Assembly (NCBI GenBank): GCA_947629045.1
Contig: CANRCF010000034.1
Span: 1 to 64,000 of the forward strand
Source of the DNA: an uncultured Clostridia bacterium
GTDB taxonomy: Bacteria > Bacillota > Clostridia > TANB77 > CAG-508
Length of the DNA stretch: 64,000 nt
Direction of reading: 5' to 3'
This document shows positions 9,733 through 20,488 of the stretch, in pieces. Positions within the stretch are counted from its first letter, which is position 1; every line of letters starts with the position of its first letter. The notes under the pieces were generated by a model. That model had not been told where the DNA came from and did no database searches. It saw nothing but the letters and a program-made list of their open reading frames with translations. A program made the translations under genes and the position numbers.

Positions 9733-10878
9733 TTAATTTTTTTTACCTAAAACCACTTGAATATTGACCTCTCTCCTATTCCTAAGTAGTTTAATTTGTA
9801 CAATATCGCCTGTATTTTTACTATAAATATATCTTCTTAAATCACACATTTTATTTATTTCATTGCCATCAACTTCTAATAATATATCTTTTTCATGTAT
9901 TCCATATTGTTCTGCTGGTGAGTTTTTATTTACTTGCACAACATAAACGCCACTTTCTATATCTAAATTAGTTTCTAAATATGGAATTACGCTTTTGTCA
10001 TATGCAAAAATACCTAAATAAGCCTCATCAAATTTTCCAGTCGTTACAAAACTTTGAATAATAACTTTTGCTGTATTTATTGGAATTGCAAATCCTATTC
10101 CTTCTGCAGAAGTTATTTTTACACTATTTATTCCAATTACTTCTCCGTTAATATTTATAAGAGGGCCTCCACTATTTCCCGGATTTATTGTTGCATCTGT
10201 TTGAATTAAATCCTCCATATATGATGTTTTTTCTTCTTCCTCTAATAAAATTGTTCTATTTACTGCACTTACAATACCAGAAGTTACAGTTCTTTGAAAT
10301 TCAAACCCAATAGGGTTTCCAATCGCATAAACATTTTGCCCCACTTTTGTTTGTGAAGAATCTCCTAAGGTTACATATGGCAAATTCTTAGCATTAATTT
10401 TTACAACTGCTATATCTAAATTACTGTCAGACCAAACTACATTTCCCGAATAATTTTTTCCACTGGGAAGTGTGACATAGCAATTACTATACTTTTCTCC
10501 CGAAACATGCTCATTTGTTAATATATATCCATTTTCAGAAACTATCATTCCTGTTCCTATGCCAATTTTAGATATACTATCTTCCAAAAATATAGTTGTA
10601 CCATTATTTTTTAGCTTTGATATTCCTACTATGCTTTTATTTACTTCTTCTATTACTTGCGTTATATCTTTTTCTTCATTTTGAATTTCTTCTACCGTTT
10701 GAGAAAGCCTTGTGGCCTCCACTTTTGGCTGTTCTATCTTACTACTATTGCTAATATCAATATTCATATATAGTGTATATGAAAGTGCTACAATCAATAT
10801 TAGCAGAACAAGTATTATTGTTGTGCAGATATATTTACTTATTCGCTTTCTTTTTGATTTTTTTAAATATTCTTCCAT
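9733..10878 (-). CDS. htrA: HtrA/DegP-family serine protease (trypsin-like S1C plus PDZ)
   Basis: GNSGGPLIN active-site motif, catalytic His (TNEHV) and Asp, a C-terminal PDZ domain and an N-terminal TM anchor. The start is placed at MEEYLKK, which has an AAAGGAAG SD. Confidence 0.8.
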   Translation of the reverse strand: MEEYLKKSKRKRISKYICTTIILVLLILIVALSYTLYMNIDISNSSKIEQPKVEATRLSQTVEEIQNEEKDITQVIEEVNKSIVGISKLKNNGTTIFLEDSISKIGIGTGMIVSENGYILTNEHVSGEKYSNCYVTLPSGKNYSGNVVWSDSNLDIAVVKINAKNLPYVTLGDSSQTKVGQNVYAIGNPIGFEFQRTVTSGIVSAVNRTILLEEEEKTSYMEDLIQTDATINPGNSGGPLININGEVIGINSVKITSAEGIGFAIPINTAKVIIQSFVTTGKFDEAYLGIFAYDKSVIPYLETNLDIESGVYVVQVNKNSPAEQYGIHEKDILLEVDGNEINKMCDLRRYIYSKNTGDIVQIKLLRNRREVNIQVVLGKKN

Positions 10879-11198
10879 AGTTTTCTTCCTTTCGGGACCA
10901 GGTCCCAATCCCCATTTTTGTCCTACTTGGGACAAGTCACCTTTAATTTTCATTAAAAAACTTTTTTATAATTTTTTCCAATTTATATTTTTTTAATCAT
11001 TTCAAATATTAAAAATCAGTTTAAACAATAAAAATCAATTTAATTTGAAGCGCGTAAAAAGTAATTTTAAACATAAAAAATCCCAATAGAATAATTCATA
11101 CTGGGACTTAAAATTTTTTGAAAATTATTAGTTGCTTTTTTATTTTTTAATTCATTAATTATTTCGCTTATTTTTAAAATTACTAATTATTTTTCTAA

Positions 11199-12920
11199 TT
11201 AGTTGCTTTTCTTAATTTCTTCATATCTCTTTACTTTTTGTGTAGTTGTTTTTGCAAGAGGTTCGGTTGTAACTATAATTTCTTTAATATGCTTTACATC
11301 TGGTAAAGTTTGATTTACTTTTTTAACTTCTTGCCAAATAATTTCTCGTTTTTCTTCATCTGTCTTTTCACCATAAAGATTTTTCATTGTTTCTTCATTA
11401 TACACAAGTTTTGCACAAAGAGTAGTGTCCATTGATGTTTTGTTTCTTGCAAATACCATACTTTCTTCTACAACTGGTATTTGGTTAAGTAAAATTTCTA
11501 GCTCTTGTGGATAAACATTTTTGCCGTTTTTTAAAACAATAACATCATTTTTTCTTCCACAAATATATAAGAAACCATCTTTATCTAAATAACCATAATC
11601 CCCTGTTGAAAACCAGCCATCATGCATTGCCTTTTTAGTTGCTTCTTCATTTTCATAATAGCCTAGCATAACACTTGGACCTTTAACAAGAATTTCTCCA
11701 ACTTCTTTTTCATCTGGATTTTCAATTTTTACATCTACATTGAATAATGGAAGACCGATAGAGCCGGGTCTTTTTTCTTTATCTGTTTCAGCAGATACAA
11801 CAGGTGATGTTTCTGTTAAACCATAACCTTGTATTAAATCTACGCCAAAATCATTAAATCCATGTATAATTTTTTTATCTAATGGTGCTGATCCAACAAA
11901 AACTACTCTTAACCTTCCTCCAAAATTATCAATAATTGGTTGAAATACTTTTTTTCTTAAATCTATTCCTATTTTACATAGCATCTTTGTAACAACAACC
12001 ATTGTTTTCATTAAACCTTTTTTGCCTTGTTCTTCTATTCCCTTCCATACTTTTTTATGGATATTTTCTAAAACTAATGGAACTGCCACAAAAACTGTTA
12101 CTTTATATTCATTCATATTTTTTTGAATGTATTTTAATCCATCACAGAATGCAACTGTTACACCAAAATAAATTCCAAAAAGGAAAGTAATAGTACATTC
12201 AAAAGTATGGTGAATTGGTAAAAATGAAAGAAGTGTATCTGTTGGAAACATTTGTACATAGCTTGCAATAGCTTGAATATTACTACAAATATTTTTTTGT
12301 GATAATAAAACACCTTTCGAAATATTTGTTGTTCCAGATGTAAATAGCAAAATTGAAACTGCTTCTCTATCTATTTCAATTTTCTCATAATCGCGATTTC
12401 CTTCTTCCCTTAACTTTCTTCCTTCTTCTAATAAATTAGAGTATGCTAAAATGCCATCTTCGTTAGCATTATCCATACATATAATATGCTTTAAATCACT
12501 ATTTTTTAAATTTAGTAATGTTTTAACATATTTTTCTTCACAAACAATAGCTTCTGCACCGCTTCTAATTACTAAAGATTCTAATTCATTTTCTGGTAAT
12601 GCCTTATCTAATGGAACAATTATCATTCCTCCAGTAGTTACAGCTAAATATGTAGTACACCATTCATAACGGTTATTTCCAACTACTGCTATTTTTTTGC
12701 CAGCTAGTCCCATGCTTAATAGTTTTGTTGATAGTGCTTCTATATCATTTTTAAATTGTGCATAAGTTTTATTTATATATTCTATATTTTCTTTTCCGTT
12801 TTTTGCTTTATATTTATAGGCTATATTTTCTGGGTATTTTTCTGCTGTTTTTCTAATAAGTTCTCTAAAATCCTTAATTTCATCTACCTGATAAACAACT
12901 CTGCTCTTTTCTTTTTTCAT
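11199..12920 (-). CDS. AMP-dependent synthetase/ligase (long-chain fatty acyl-CoA or acyl-AMP ligase), divergent from the NRPS
   Basis: AMP-binding motifs LFTSGTTNISKGV, GYGLTETSP and GWFSTGDYGYLDKDGFLYICGRKND. Confidence 0.8.
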   Translation of the reverse strand: MKKEKSRVVYQVDEIKDFRELIRKTAEKYPENIAYKYKAKNGKENIEYINKTYAQFKNDIEALSTKLLSMGLAGKKIAVVGNNRYEWCTTYLAVTTGGMIIVPLDKALPENELESLVIRSGAEAIVCEEKYVKTLLNLKNSDLKHIICMDNANEDGILAYSNLLEEGRKLREEGNRDYEKIEIDREAVSILLFTSGTTNISKGVLLSQKNICSNIQAIASYVQMFPTDTLLSFLPIHHTFECTITFLFGIYFGVTVAFCDGLKYIQKNMNEYKVTVFVAVPLVLENIHKKVWKGIEEQGKKGLMKTMVVVTKMLCKIGIDLRKKVFQPIIDNFGGRLRVVFVGSAPLDKKIIHGFNDFGVDLIQGYGLTETSPVVSAETDKEKRPGSIGLPLFNVDVKIENPDEKEVGEILVKGPSVMLGYYENEEATKKAMHDGWFSTGDYGYLDKDGFLYICGRKNDVIVLKNGKNVYPQELEILLNQIPVVEESMVFARNKTSMDTTLCAKLVYNEETMKNLYGEKTDEEKREIIWQEVKKVNQTLPDVKHIKEIIVTTEPLAKTTTQKVKRYEEIKKSN

Positions 12921-13126
12921 ATTTTTTCCATCCCTTCTAATGTGCTATAAATACACAAAATCAAGTAAAAATTGAAATTTTATTTTATCAATATATTACT
13001 TATAAAATTTTTCAATCTAATTTTACAATAAAAGGAAATTTTTTGCAATATTTTGATTGATTTTTATATTCAGTTAGTATATACTTTCATTAGTAAATAT
13101 TTAGTATGCGAAGGGGTTTTACTATA

Positions 13127-16100
13127 ATGGAGAAAAAGCTATATTCTTTAACAAATCCACAAAAGTCAATTTATTATACAGAAGAATATTCTAATCACAC
13201 TAATTTAAATAATATTAGTGGAAACATTATAATAAAAGAGAAGGTTAATTTTCCATGTTTGGAAAAGGCCTTAAATTTATATGTTAAAAAAAATGATGCT
13301 ATTAGAATAAGAATTGTAATGTCTAATGGTATTCCTAAACAATATATTCACAATTACGAACCTTTTTCTATTCAACTTGTTGAATTGGAAAATAAAGAAA
13401 ATTTAAAAGAATTAAATAAAACTCTTGTAGAAAAAACTTTTGATTTTATTGACTCAAATTTATTTTCGTTTACTCTATTTAAATTTCCTGATTCTACAGG
13501 TGGATTAAATGTTACTTTCCACCACATTATTTCCGATGCTTGGACTATGAGTTTATTTATTGATGAAGTAATGAATTTATATAATAGTTTAATTAATAAT
13601 GAAGAAATAGATTCTGCTTTGAATCCATCTTATTTAGACTATATTTCTTCAGAAGATGAATATATTTCTTCTAATAAATTTGAAAAAGATAAAGAATTTT
13701 GGAATAACGTTTTTACAACTTCTCCTGAACTTGCAAAAATAACTAATCATGTTGCTTCTTCTACTTCTAAAGCTATAAGAGAAACTTTTCATTTAGAAAA
13801 AGGTGTATATGAGCAAATTGATAATTTTTGCAAAAATCATCGTTGTTCTATCTATACATTTTTTATGTGTATTTTTTCTATTTATCTTTCAAAAATCAAT
13901 AATATTGAAGCACCTATTATTGGTACTCCAGTTTTAAATCGTACTAATTTTAAAGAGAAAAATACAGCTGGTATGTATATTAGTACAATACCTTTTAAAT
14001 CAGTAGTAAAACCTGATACTACTTTTGATGAGTTTCTAAAAAATGTTAATTTAATGCAAATGTCAACTTATAGACATCAAAAATACCCATATACTCTATT
14101 ATTAGAAGAATTAAAAGAGAAATATGATTATACTCAAAATTTATATGATGTTGTATTATCTTATCAAAATGCTCGTGATGATAGTAAAAATTCCAAAGTT
14201 TCTTATGAATCTGAATGGCTATTTACAGGTCAAACAGTAGATACTTTAGAAATACATTTTTATGATATGGATAATACTGGTGATTTTGACATTTTTTATG
14301 ATTATCAAATTTCACAACTAACAAAGGATGATGTACATCAAATTCACGAACGCATTTTAAGTATAGTTTCACAAGTTATCGTGTCTTCAAATATTTTATT
14401 AAAAGATATAAAGATTGTTACTAACAATGAAGAAATTCAAATAAAGCAAAACTTTAATAATTCATTGATTGAATATGATAAAAATAAAAGTATAGTTGAA
14501 GTATTTGAAAATCAAGTAGAAAAAAATGCTGATGACATTGCACTTGTTTTCGAAGATAAAAGTCTTACATATAAAGATTTAAATAAAAAAGCAAATCAAA
14601 TCGCTCATTTTCTAAAAAGTCAAAACATAAAACCTAATGATAAAGTAGCAATATTCTTACCAAGATGTATAGATTTAATAGTATCAATGCTAGCTGTAAA
14701 AAAAGTGGGATGTGCGTATTTACTAATAGAAAGTAGTTTACCTATAGATCGTATAAAATATATGTTAGAAAATGCGAATGCTTCTTTAGTAATTACAAAT
14801 AAAGAATTATCTAATAAAGAGTTCTCTAATTGTGTTATTCTTGATGATATTTTTTTTGAAAACTTACCTATTTCAAATTTAGGTATGCCTTATTTTCCAG
14901 AAGATCCTTTATCAATTGTATATACTTCTGGTTCTACTGGCATTCCTAAGGGTATACTATTAAAAAACTTCAGTCTTTTGAATTTGGTATTAGGGTATTG
15001 TCATTCTATGAATGCTAATAATCTTAATAATTTTATTAGTACCTGTTCAGTTTCATTTGATATGTTTGCTGCCGAAATTTGGATTCCACTTTTACTTGGT
15101 AAAAAATTAGTGCTTGCAAATGATGAAGAATCAAAAAACCCTATTCTTCTTTCTTCTTTAATTGAAAAGGAAGATATAGAATTTATGCTTATTACTTCTT
15201 CTAAAATGAATTTGCTATTGTCAAATTCTGATATTAGTAAATGCTTACAGCATTTAAAAGCTATTCAGTTAGGTGGAGAAGTTTTAAATCCCGAATTCTA
15301 TAATAGGTTAATTCATTATACTAATGCAAAAATTTATAATGGATATGGTCCTTCTGAAACAACATCTTGTGCCACATGTAAATTTGTTAATTCAGCTGAT
15401 AATATTACAATTGGAAGACCTTTACCAAATGTTCAAGTATATATTTGCAATAATTTATTAAACCTATGTCCTCCTAATGTAATTGGAGAATTATGTATTG
15501 CTGGCGATGGAGTTTCTTATGGATATATAAATCAACCGGATTTAACTAAAAAAAGTTTTGTTCCAAATCCTTTTGGTGTAGGATTATTATATAAAACTGG
15601 TGATTTAGCTAAATTTTTACCAAACGGAGAAATTGCATACATTGGTAGAAATGATTCACAGGTAAAAATAAGAGGACTTAGAATAGAATTAGAAGAAATT
15701 AATAAAGTAATTCTTAATTTTCCTAATGTTAATAACTGTATAACTGTTGTAAAAAAGATAAATGGAATAGACAGTATATGTTGTTATATTGTATCCAATG
15801 CAATTAATATAAATGACTTAAAAGAATATGCAAGTAAAAAACTACCATATTATATGGTTCCATCTCATTTTGCTAAGTTAGATAAATTGCCTATTACTCT
15901 TAATGGTAAAATCGATTTAAAGGCTTTGCCAGAAATTACTGTAAATTACAAATATATTGCGCCTGAAACACAAATTGAAAAAGCAATTGCTACATTATGG
16001 GAAAATTTATTAAATTTAAAACGAATTAGTGTTTCTAGTAATTTCTTTGAGCTCGGTGGAGATTCTCTTAATGCAATTAAATTTATAGCTGAACTAGAAA

Positions 16101-19100
16101 ATGAACTTGGCATAAGATTACAAATAAAAGATATATTTGCTTTCCCTACTATTAGTAGTTTATCAAATTATATCGATAAGATGCCATTAAACCAGAAAAA
16201 TAATGAACAGATAGAAAAAGTTCAAAATCAAACTTCTTACATTACAAGCTCTGCTCAAAAAAGAATTTATTTTACTGTAGAAAAAGAAGGGGCTAAATCT
16301 GTAACTTATAACACACCTGGTGGGCTTATGTTCGAAAAAATACCTGATATAGAAAAATTGCAAGATAGTTTCACAAAATTAATTGAAACAAATGAATCTT
16401 TGCGTACATATTTCGTTTTAGAAAATAATGAATTAAAACAAAAAATAATTCCACCTTTTGATTATAAATTAGATGTAGTTCATTATAACTCTACAAATAT
16501 GGATGAACTATTTGATGAATTTATTAAGCCTTTTGATTTGTCAATAGCACCTTTATTTAGAGCAAAACTTGCTATATTGAATAATAAAAAAGCAATTTTA
16601 CTATTAGATATACATCATATTATTTGTGATGGAGAATCTATACAGATTTTTCTAAAAAAATTATCTGCTTATTATGAAGGCAAAATAGTAGATGAAAATT
16701 TAATAGATTATAAGGATTATGCTTGTTGGGAAAACAAAATAATAAATTCTAAGGAATACAAAAAAATTGAAGAATATTGGTTAAAAAAGTTTGAAGGAGA
16801 AATTCCAACTTTAAATATGCCAACTAACTTTACAAGACCTGCTACTCTTTCTTTTGAGGGAAATAAAATAAGTATGAATATGGACAAATCCGATAAAATT
16901 TATGCTTTATGTAATCAATTACATATTACTCCATATCAGTTCTTTTTAAGCATTTATTATATCCTACTTTATAAATATACTGGTCAAGAGGATATAATTG
17001 TTGGTACTCCTGTTGTTGGAAGAGATTTAAAGGAATTACATTCTATTATTGGTATGTTTGTAAATACATTAGCATTAAGAGAAAAAATTATTCCTCAAGA
17101 AACAGTATTTGACTTTATGCATAGAGTTTCACAAAATCTTTTAGAAGATTTTGAAAATGATTCTTTTCCTTTTGATGAATTAATAAAAAAATTAAATTTT
17201 GAAAAAGATGTAAGCAGAAACCCGTTATTTGATACAATGTTTGTTTATCAAAATGAAGGTATGAAGAAAGTAAAACTAGGAGATTTAACTGCAAAATATT
17301 ATTTACCTAAATCTTCTATTTCAAAATTCGACTTTACTTTAGAAATTTTACCTGATGGCAACAATTTCTTATGTAATTTAGAATATAATACAAATTTATA
17401 TACTTCTACTTTTATGCAATCATTGCTAGAACATTACTTAGAATTAACATCTAAAATTACAGAAAATCCTCATATTTTTGTTTCTGAAGTTTCTATGTTA
17501 TCTTCTAAAGAAACAAATCAGATTTTAAAGGATTTTAATTCTAATAGTTCTTGTTTATTTGAGAATGAACAAGTTATATCTCTATTTGAGAAGCAAGTAG
17601 AAGATAATAAAGATAAAACTGCTTTAATATTTGAGAATAAAAATTTATCTTATGATGAAATAAATAAAAAAGCAAATCAGCTAGCAAATTTACTTATCTC
17701 TAAAAAAATTGCAAGAAATTCTATAATTGGTATTTTGCTTCCACGAAGTCCTGAATTAATTATCAGTATGCTTGGTGTTTTAAAATCAGGATCTGCATAT
17801 ATGTTAATTGATTCAAGCTTGCCTTATGATAGAATTTTATATATGTTAGAAAATAGTAATGCTTCCTTATTGCTAACAAATCATAATATGAAAAACATTG
17901 ATTTTCCTAAACAATGTTTTATTGATGATGAAAATCTAAATTTATACAGAAATGATAACCTTTGCTTGTACTCAGAAGATGAAGATTTATTTAGTGTCAT
18001 ATATACTTCTGGGTCTACTGGTATGCCAAAAGGCGTTTTACTAAAACGTAAAGGTGTTATGAATTTATTACTTAACCATCATTTAAAAATGAATATTAAT
18101 GAATGTAACAATTTTATTAGTATTAGCACCATTTCATTTGATATGTTTATGGTAGAAACTTTTATGCCACTTCTTTCAGGAAAAACATTAATTTTAACAA
18201 ATGACGAAGAACAGAAAATACCAGTCACCATGGCAGATATAATAAACAAGTACAATATAGATTTTATTTTAACAACGCCTAGTCGTATCGAATTATTACT
18301 AGATTCAAATATTCAAAATTGCTTAAAACATTTGAAAGTTATTCAACTTGGTGGCGAAGTATTTACTCCTGAACTTTACAGTAGACTTTCTAAAGTAACT
18401 TCTGCTAATATTTATAATGCTTATGGACCTACAGAAGTAACAGCTTGTTGTTCTTGCAGTAGAATTACTGATTCTAGAAATATTACTATTGGAAAACCAT
18501 TTGATAATGCACCTATATATATATGTAATAAAGATATGGGACTTTGTCCTATTGGAGTTCCTGGAGAAATTTGTGTTGGTGGTAAAGGCATAGCAAAAGG
18601 TTATTTAAGTAACCCAGAATTAACTAAAAAAAGTTTTATTGCTAATCCTTTTGGTGAAGGTGTGATTTATAAAACCGGTGATATCGGATATTATACTTGC
18701 GATGGTAATATTGTTTATATTGGTAGACGTGATTTTCAAATTAAAATAAGAGGCTTAAGAGTAGAATTATCTGAAATAGAAAATAAAATATTAGAAATAC
18801 CAAACATAAAAAATTGTGCTGTTATTTATAAAAAAGAGCAAAGCACTTCTTATCTTGCTTGTTTTTATACTGTAAATTCTACTATAGATGCTTCTACTAT
18901 TCGTACGGAGTTGAAAAAAAGCTTACCTTTATATATGGTTCCAAAATATATGATTTGCTTAGATACATTACCTATTACAGCAAATGGAAAAGTAAATAAA
19001 AAATTACTAGAAGAATATAGCATTGAAAAAGGAGAAAATAAAAATTATGTAGCCCCACAAACAGAGCTTGAAAAATTGCTTTGTCATGTTTGGGAACAGT

Positions 19101-20470
19101 TATTAGATACTACTGTTGGAATTGATGATGATGTTTTCGAATTAGGAGCAGATTCATTGTTGGCAATAAAATTTAAAACTGAATTATTAGCTTATAATAT
19201 AAATATACCTTACTCTGATTTATTTAAATATTTAACCGTAAGAGAATTATGTAAAATGCATGGTGAGGAATTTTCCGATAATACAACTATTTATGATGAT
19301 GAAATAAAACAAATTTCGTCTATAGTTGAAAAAAATTGTATAAAAAATATAAAACAATCTTTTATAATAAATAACTCTACGAATAATGTATTATTATTAG
19401 GAGGAAATGGTTTTGTTGGCATTCATATTTTATATGAATTAATTAAGCAAGACAACGGAAATATTTATTGCATTATTCGTGATAAAAATAATAAAACAGC
19501 ATTTGAGCGTTTGACTAATGTTTTGCACTTTTATTTTGGTAATGAATTAGATGAATTTATTAATAAACGAATTTTTATTATTTCTGCTAATGTTACTGAA
19601 GAAAATTTCGGATTATCTGCAAAAAAATTTGAAGAATTAACAAATAATATTTCAATTGTAATTGATTCTGCTGCAATGGTAAAACATTATGGTAATAGTG
19701 AAAAATTTAAACATATAAATGTAGATTTAACAAGAGAATTGGTAAACTATTGTATTAAATATAAGAAACGTTTATTATACATATCAACTACTAGTATTGC
19801 TGGAAATAGCGCTGATTCTAGTCAAAATGTTTTTTCTGAATCATGTTTTTATATAGGTCAGCAATTAAATAATACATATATAAAGAGTAAATTTGATGCT
19901 GAAAAATTGGTGCTTTCTGGTATTTCTAATGGCTTAGAAGCACAAATTCTACGTCTAGGTAATATAACTAGTAGATATAAAGATGGAAAATTTCAAATAA
20001 ATGCAGAAGAAAACGCATTTTTAAACAGACTTAAGTCTTTTGTCCAAATAGGATTAATTCCAAAAAATTTAGAAAAAATGAATTTGGAGTTCACACCTGT
20101 AGATAGTTGTGCAAATGCTATAGTCAAAATTATGCAAAATTATAATAAGAAACTTTCTATTTTCCATTTGTATAATGACTCTTATATTAAAATGAAGGAA
20201 TTTATAAGCTTTGCTAATAAAAATGGTATTTCGTTAAAATTTGTTGAAGATAATGATTTTAATAAAAAAATTAATGATATGCTTAAAGATAGTAAAGAAA
20301 AAGAAAAATTGTCAGGTATTGTAACAGACCTTGACTATATTAACAAAGTATCAGATAATGATACTGCAATAACAACTTGCGAATTTACAAAAATGTTCTT
20401 ACATCAAATTAACTTTAATTGGCCTATTATAGATAATAATTATTTAAAAAAATATTTATCTAATCTTTAA
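13127..20470 (+). CDS. Two-module non-ribosomal peptide synthetase, C-A-T-C-A-T-R (terminal thioester reductase)
   Basis: C domains HHIISDAW and HHIICDGES. A domains YTSGSTGIPKG/NGYGPSETT/YKTGDL/GRNDSQVKIRGLRIE and YTSGSTGMPKG/NAYGPTEVT/YKTGDIG/GRRDFQIKIRGLRVE. T domains GGDSL and GADSL. C-terminal SDR-type R domain LLLGGNGFVGIHIL with YxxxK. The start is placed at MEKK (RBS AAGGGG). Confidence 0.9.
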   Translation: MEKKLYSLTNPQKSIYYTEEYSNHTNLNNISGNIIIKEKVNFPCLEKALNLYVKKNDAIRIRIVMSNGIPKQYIHNYEPFSIQLVELENKENLKELNKTLVEKTFDFIDSNLFSFTLFKFPDSTGGLNVTFHHIISDAWTMSLFIDEVMNLYNSLINNEEIDSALNPSYLDYISSEDEYISSNKFEKDKEFWNNVFTTSPELAKITNHVASSTSKAIRETFHLEKGVYEQIDNFCKNHRCSIYTFFMCIFSIYLSKINNIEAPIIGTPVLNRTNFKEKNTAGMYISTIPFKSVVKPDTTFDEFLKNVNLMQMSTYRHQKYPYTLLLEELKEKYDYTQNLYDVVLSYQNARDDSKNSKVSYESEWLFTGQTVDTLEIHFYDMDNTGDFDIFYDYQISQLTKDDVHQIHERILSIVSQVIVSSNILLKDIKIVTNNEEIQIKQNFNNSLIEYDKNKSIVEVFENQVEKNADDIALVFEDKSLTYKDLNKKANQIAHFLKSQNIKPNDKVAIFLPRCIDLIVSMLAVKKVGCAYLLIESSLPIDRIKYMLENANASLVITNKELSNKEFSNCVILDDIFFENLPISNLGMPYFPEDPLSIVYTSGSTGIPKGILLKNFSLLNLVLGYCHSMNANNLNNFISTCSVSFDMFAAEIWIPLLLGKKLVLANDEESKNPILLSSLIEKEDIEFMLITSSKMNLLLSNSDISKCLQHLKAIQLGGEVLNPEFYNRLIHYTNAKIYNGYGPSETTSCATCKFVNSADNITIGRPLPNVQVYICNNLLNLCPPNVIGELCIAGDGVSYGYINQPDLTKKSFVPNPFGVGLLYKTGDLAKFLPNGEIAYIGRNDSQVKIRGLRIELEEINKVILNFPNVNNCITVVKKINGIDSICCYIVSNAININDLKEYASKKLPYYMVPSHFAKLDKLPITLNGKIDLKALPEITVNYKYIAPETQIEKAIATLWENLLNLKRISVSSNFFELGGDSLNAIKFIAELENELGIRLQIKDIFAFPTISSLSNYIDKMPLNQKNNEQIEKVQNQTSYITSSAQKRIYFTVEKEGAKSVTYNTPGGLMFEKIPDIEKLQDSFTKLIETNESLRTYFVLENNELKQKIIPPFDYKLDVVHYNSTNMDELFDEFIKPFDLSIAPLFRAKLAILNNKKAILLLDIHHIICDGESIQIFLKKLSAYYEGKIVDENLIDYKDYACWENKIINSKEYKKIEEYWLKKFEGEIPTLNMPTNFTRPATLSFEGNKISMNMDKSDKIYALCNQLHITPYQFFLSIYYILLYKYTGQEDIIVGTPVVGRDLKELHSIIGMFVNTLALREKIIPQETVFDFMHRVSQNLLEDFENDSFPFDELIKKLNFEKDVSRNPLFDTMFVYQNEGMKKVKLGDLTAKYYLPKSSISKFDFTLEILPDGNNFLCNLEYNTNLYTSTFMQSLLEHYLELTSKITENPHIFVSEVSMLSSKETNQILKDFNSNSSCLFENEQVISLFEKQVEDNKDKTALIFENKNLSYDEINKKANQLANLLISKKIARNSIIGILLPRSPELIISMLGVLKSGSAYMLIDSSLPYDRILYMLENSNASLLLTNHNMKNIDFPKQCFIDDENLNLYRNDNLCLYSEDEDLFSVIYTSGSTGMPKGVLLKRKGVMNLLLNHHLKMNINECNNFISISTISFDMFMVETFMPLLSGKTLILTNDEEQKIPVTMADIINKYNIDFILTTPSRIELLLDSNIQNCLKHLKVIQLGGEVFTPELYSRLSKVTSANIYNAYGPTEVTACCSCSRITDSRNITIGKPFDNAPIYICNKDMGLCPIGVPGEICVGGKGIAKGYLSNPELTKKSFIANPFGEGVIYKTGDIGYYTCDGNIVYIGRRDFQIKIRGLRVELSEIENKILEIPNIKNCAVIYKKEQSTSYLACFYTVNSTIDASTIRTELKKSLPLYMVPKYMICLDTLPITANGKVNKKLLEEYSIEKGENKNYVAPQTELEKLLCHVWEQLLDTTVGIDDDVFELGADSLLAIKFKTELLAYNINIPYSDLFKYLTVRELCKMHGEEFSDNTTIYDDEIKQISSIVEKNCIKNIKQSFIINNSTNNVLLLGGNGFVGIHILYELIKQDNGNIYCIIRDKNNKTAFERLTNVLHFYFGNELDEFINKRIFIISANVTEENFGLSAKKFEELTNNISIVIDSAAMVKHYGNSEKFKHINVDLTRELVNYCIKYKKRLLYISTTSIAGNSADSSQNVFSESCFYIGQQLNNTYIKSKFDAEKLVLSGISNGLEAQILRLGNITSRYKDGKFQINAEENAFLNRLKSFVQIGLIPKNLEKMNLEFTPVDSCANAIVKIMQNYNKKLSIFHLYNDSYIKMKEFISFANKNGISLKFVEDNDFNKKINDMLKDSKEKEKLSGIVTDLDYINKVSDNDTAITTCEFTKMFLHQINFNWPIIDNNYLKKYLSNL

Positions 20471-20488
20471 AAGAGGAGGAAACAAAAA

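Noticed and set aside
10712-10996. 94-aa plus-strand ORF
   Set aside because: Antisense to the htrA 5-prime end and leader. Hydrophobic junk composition.
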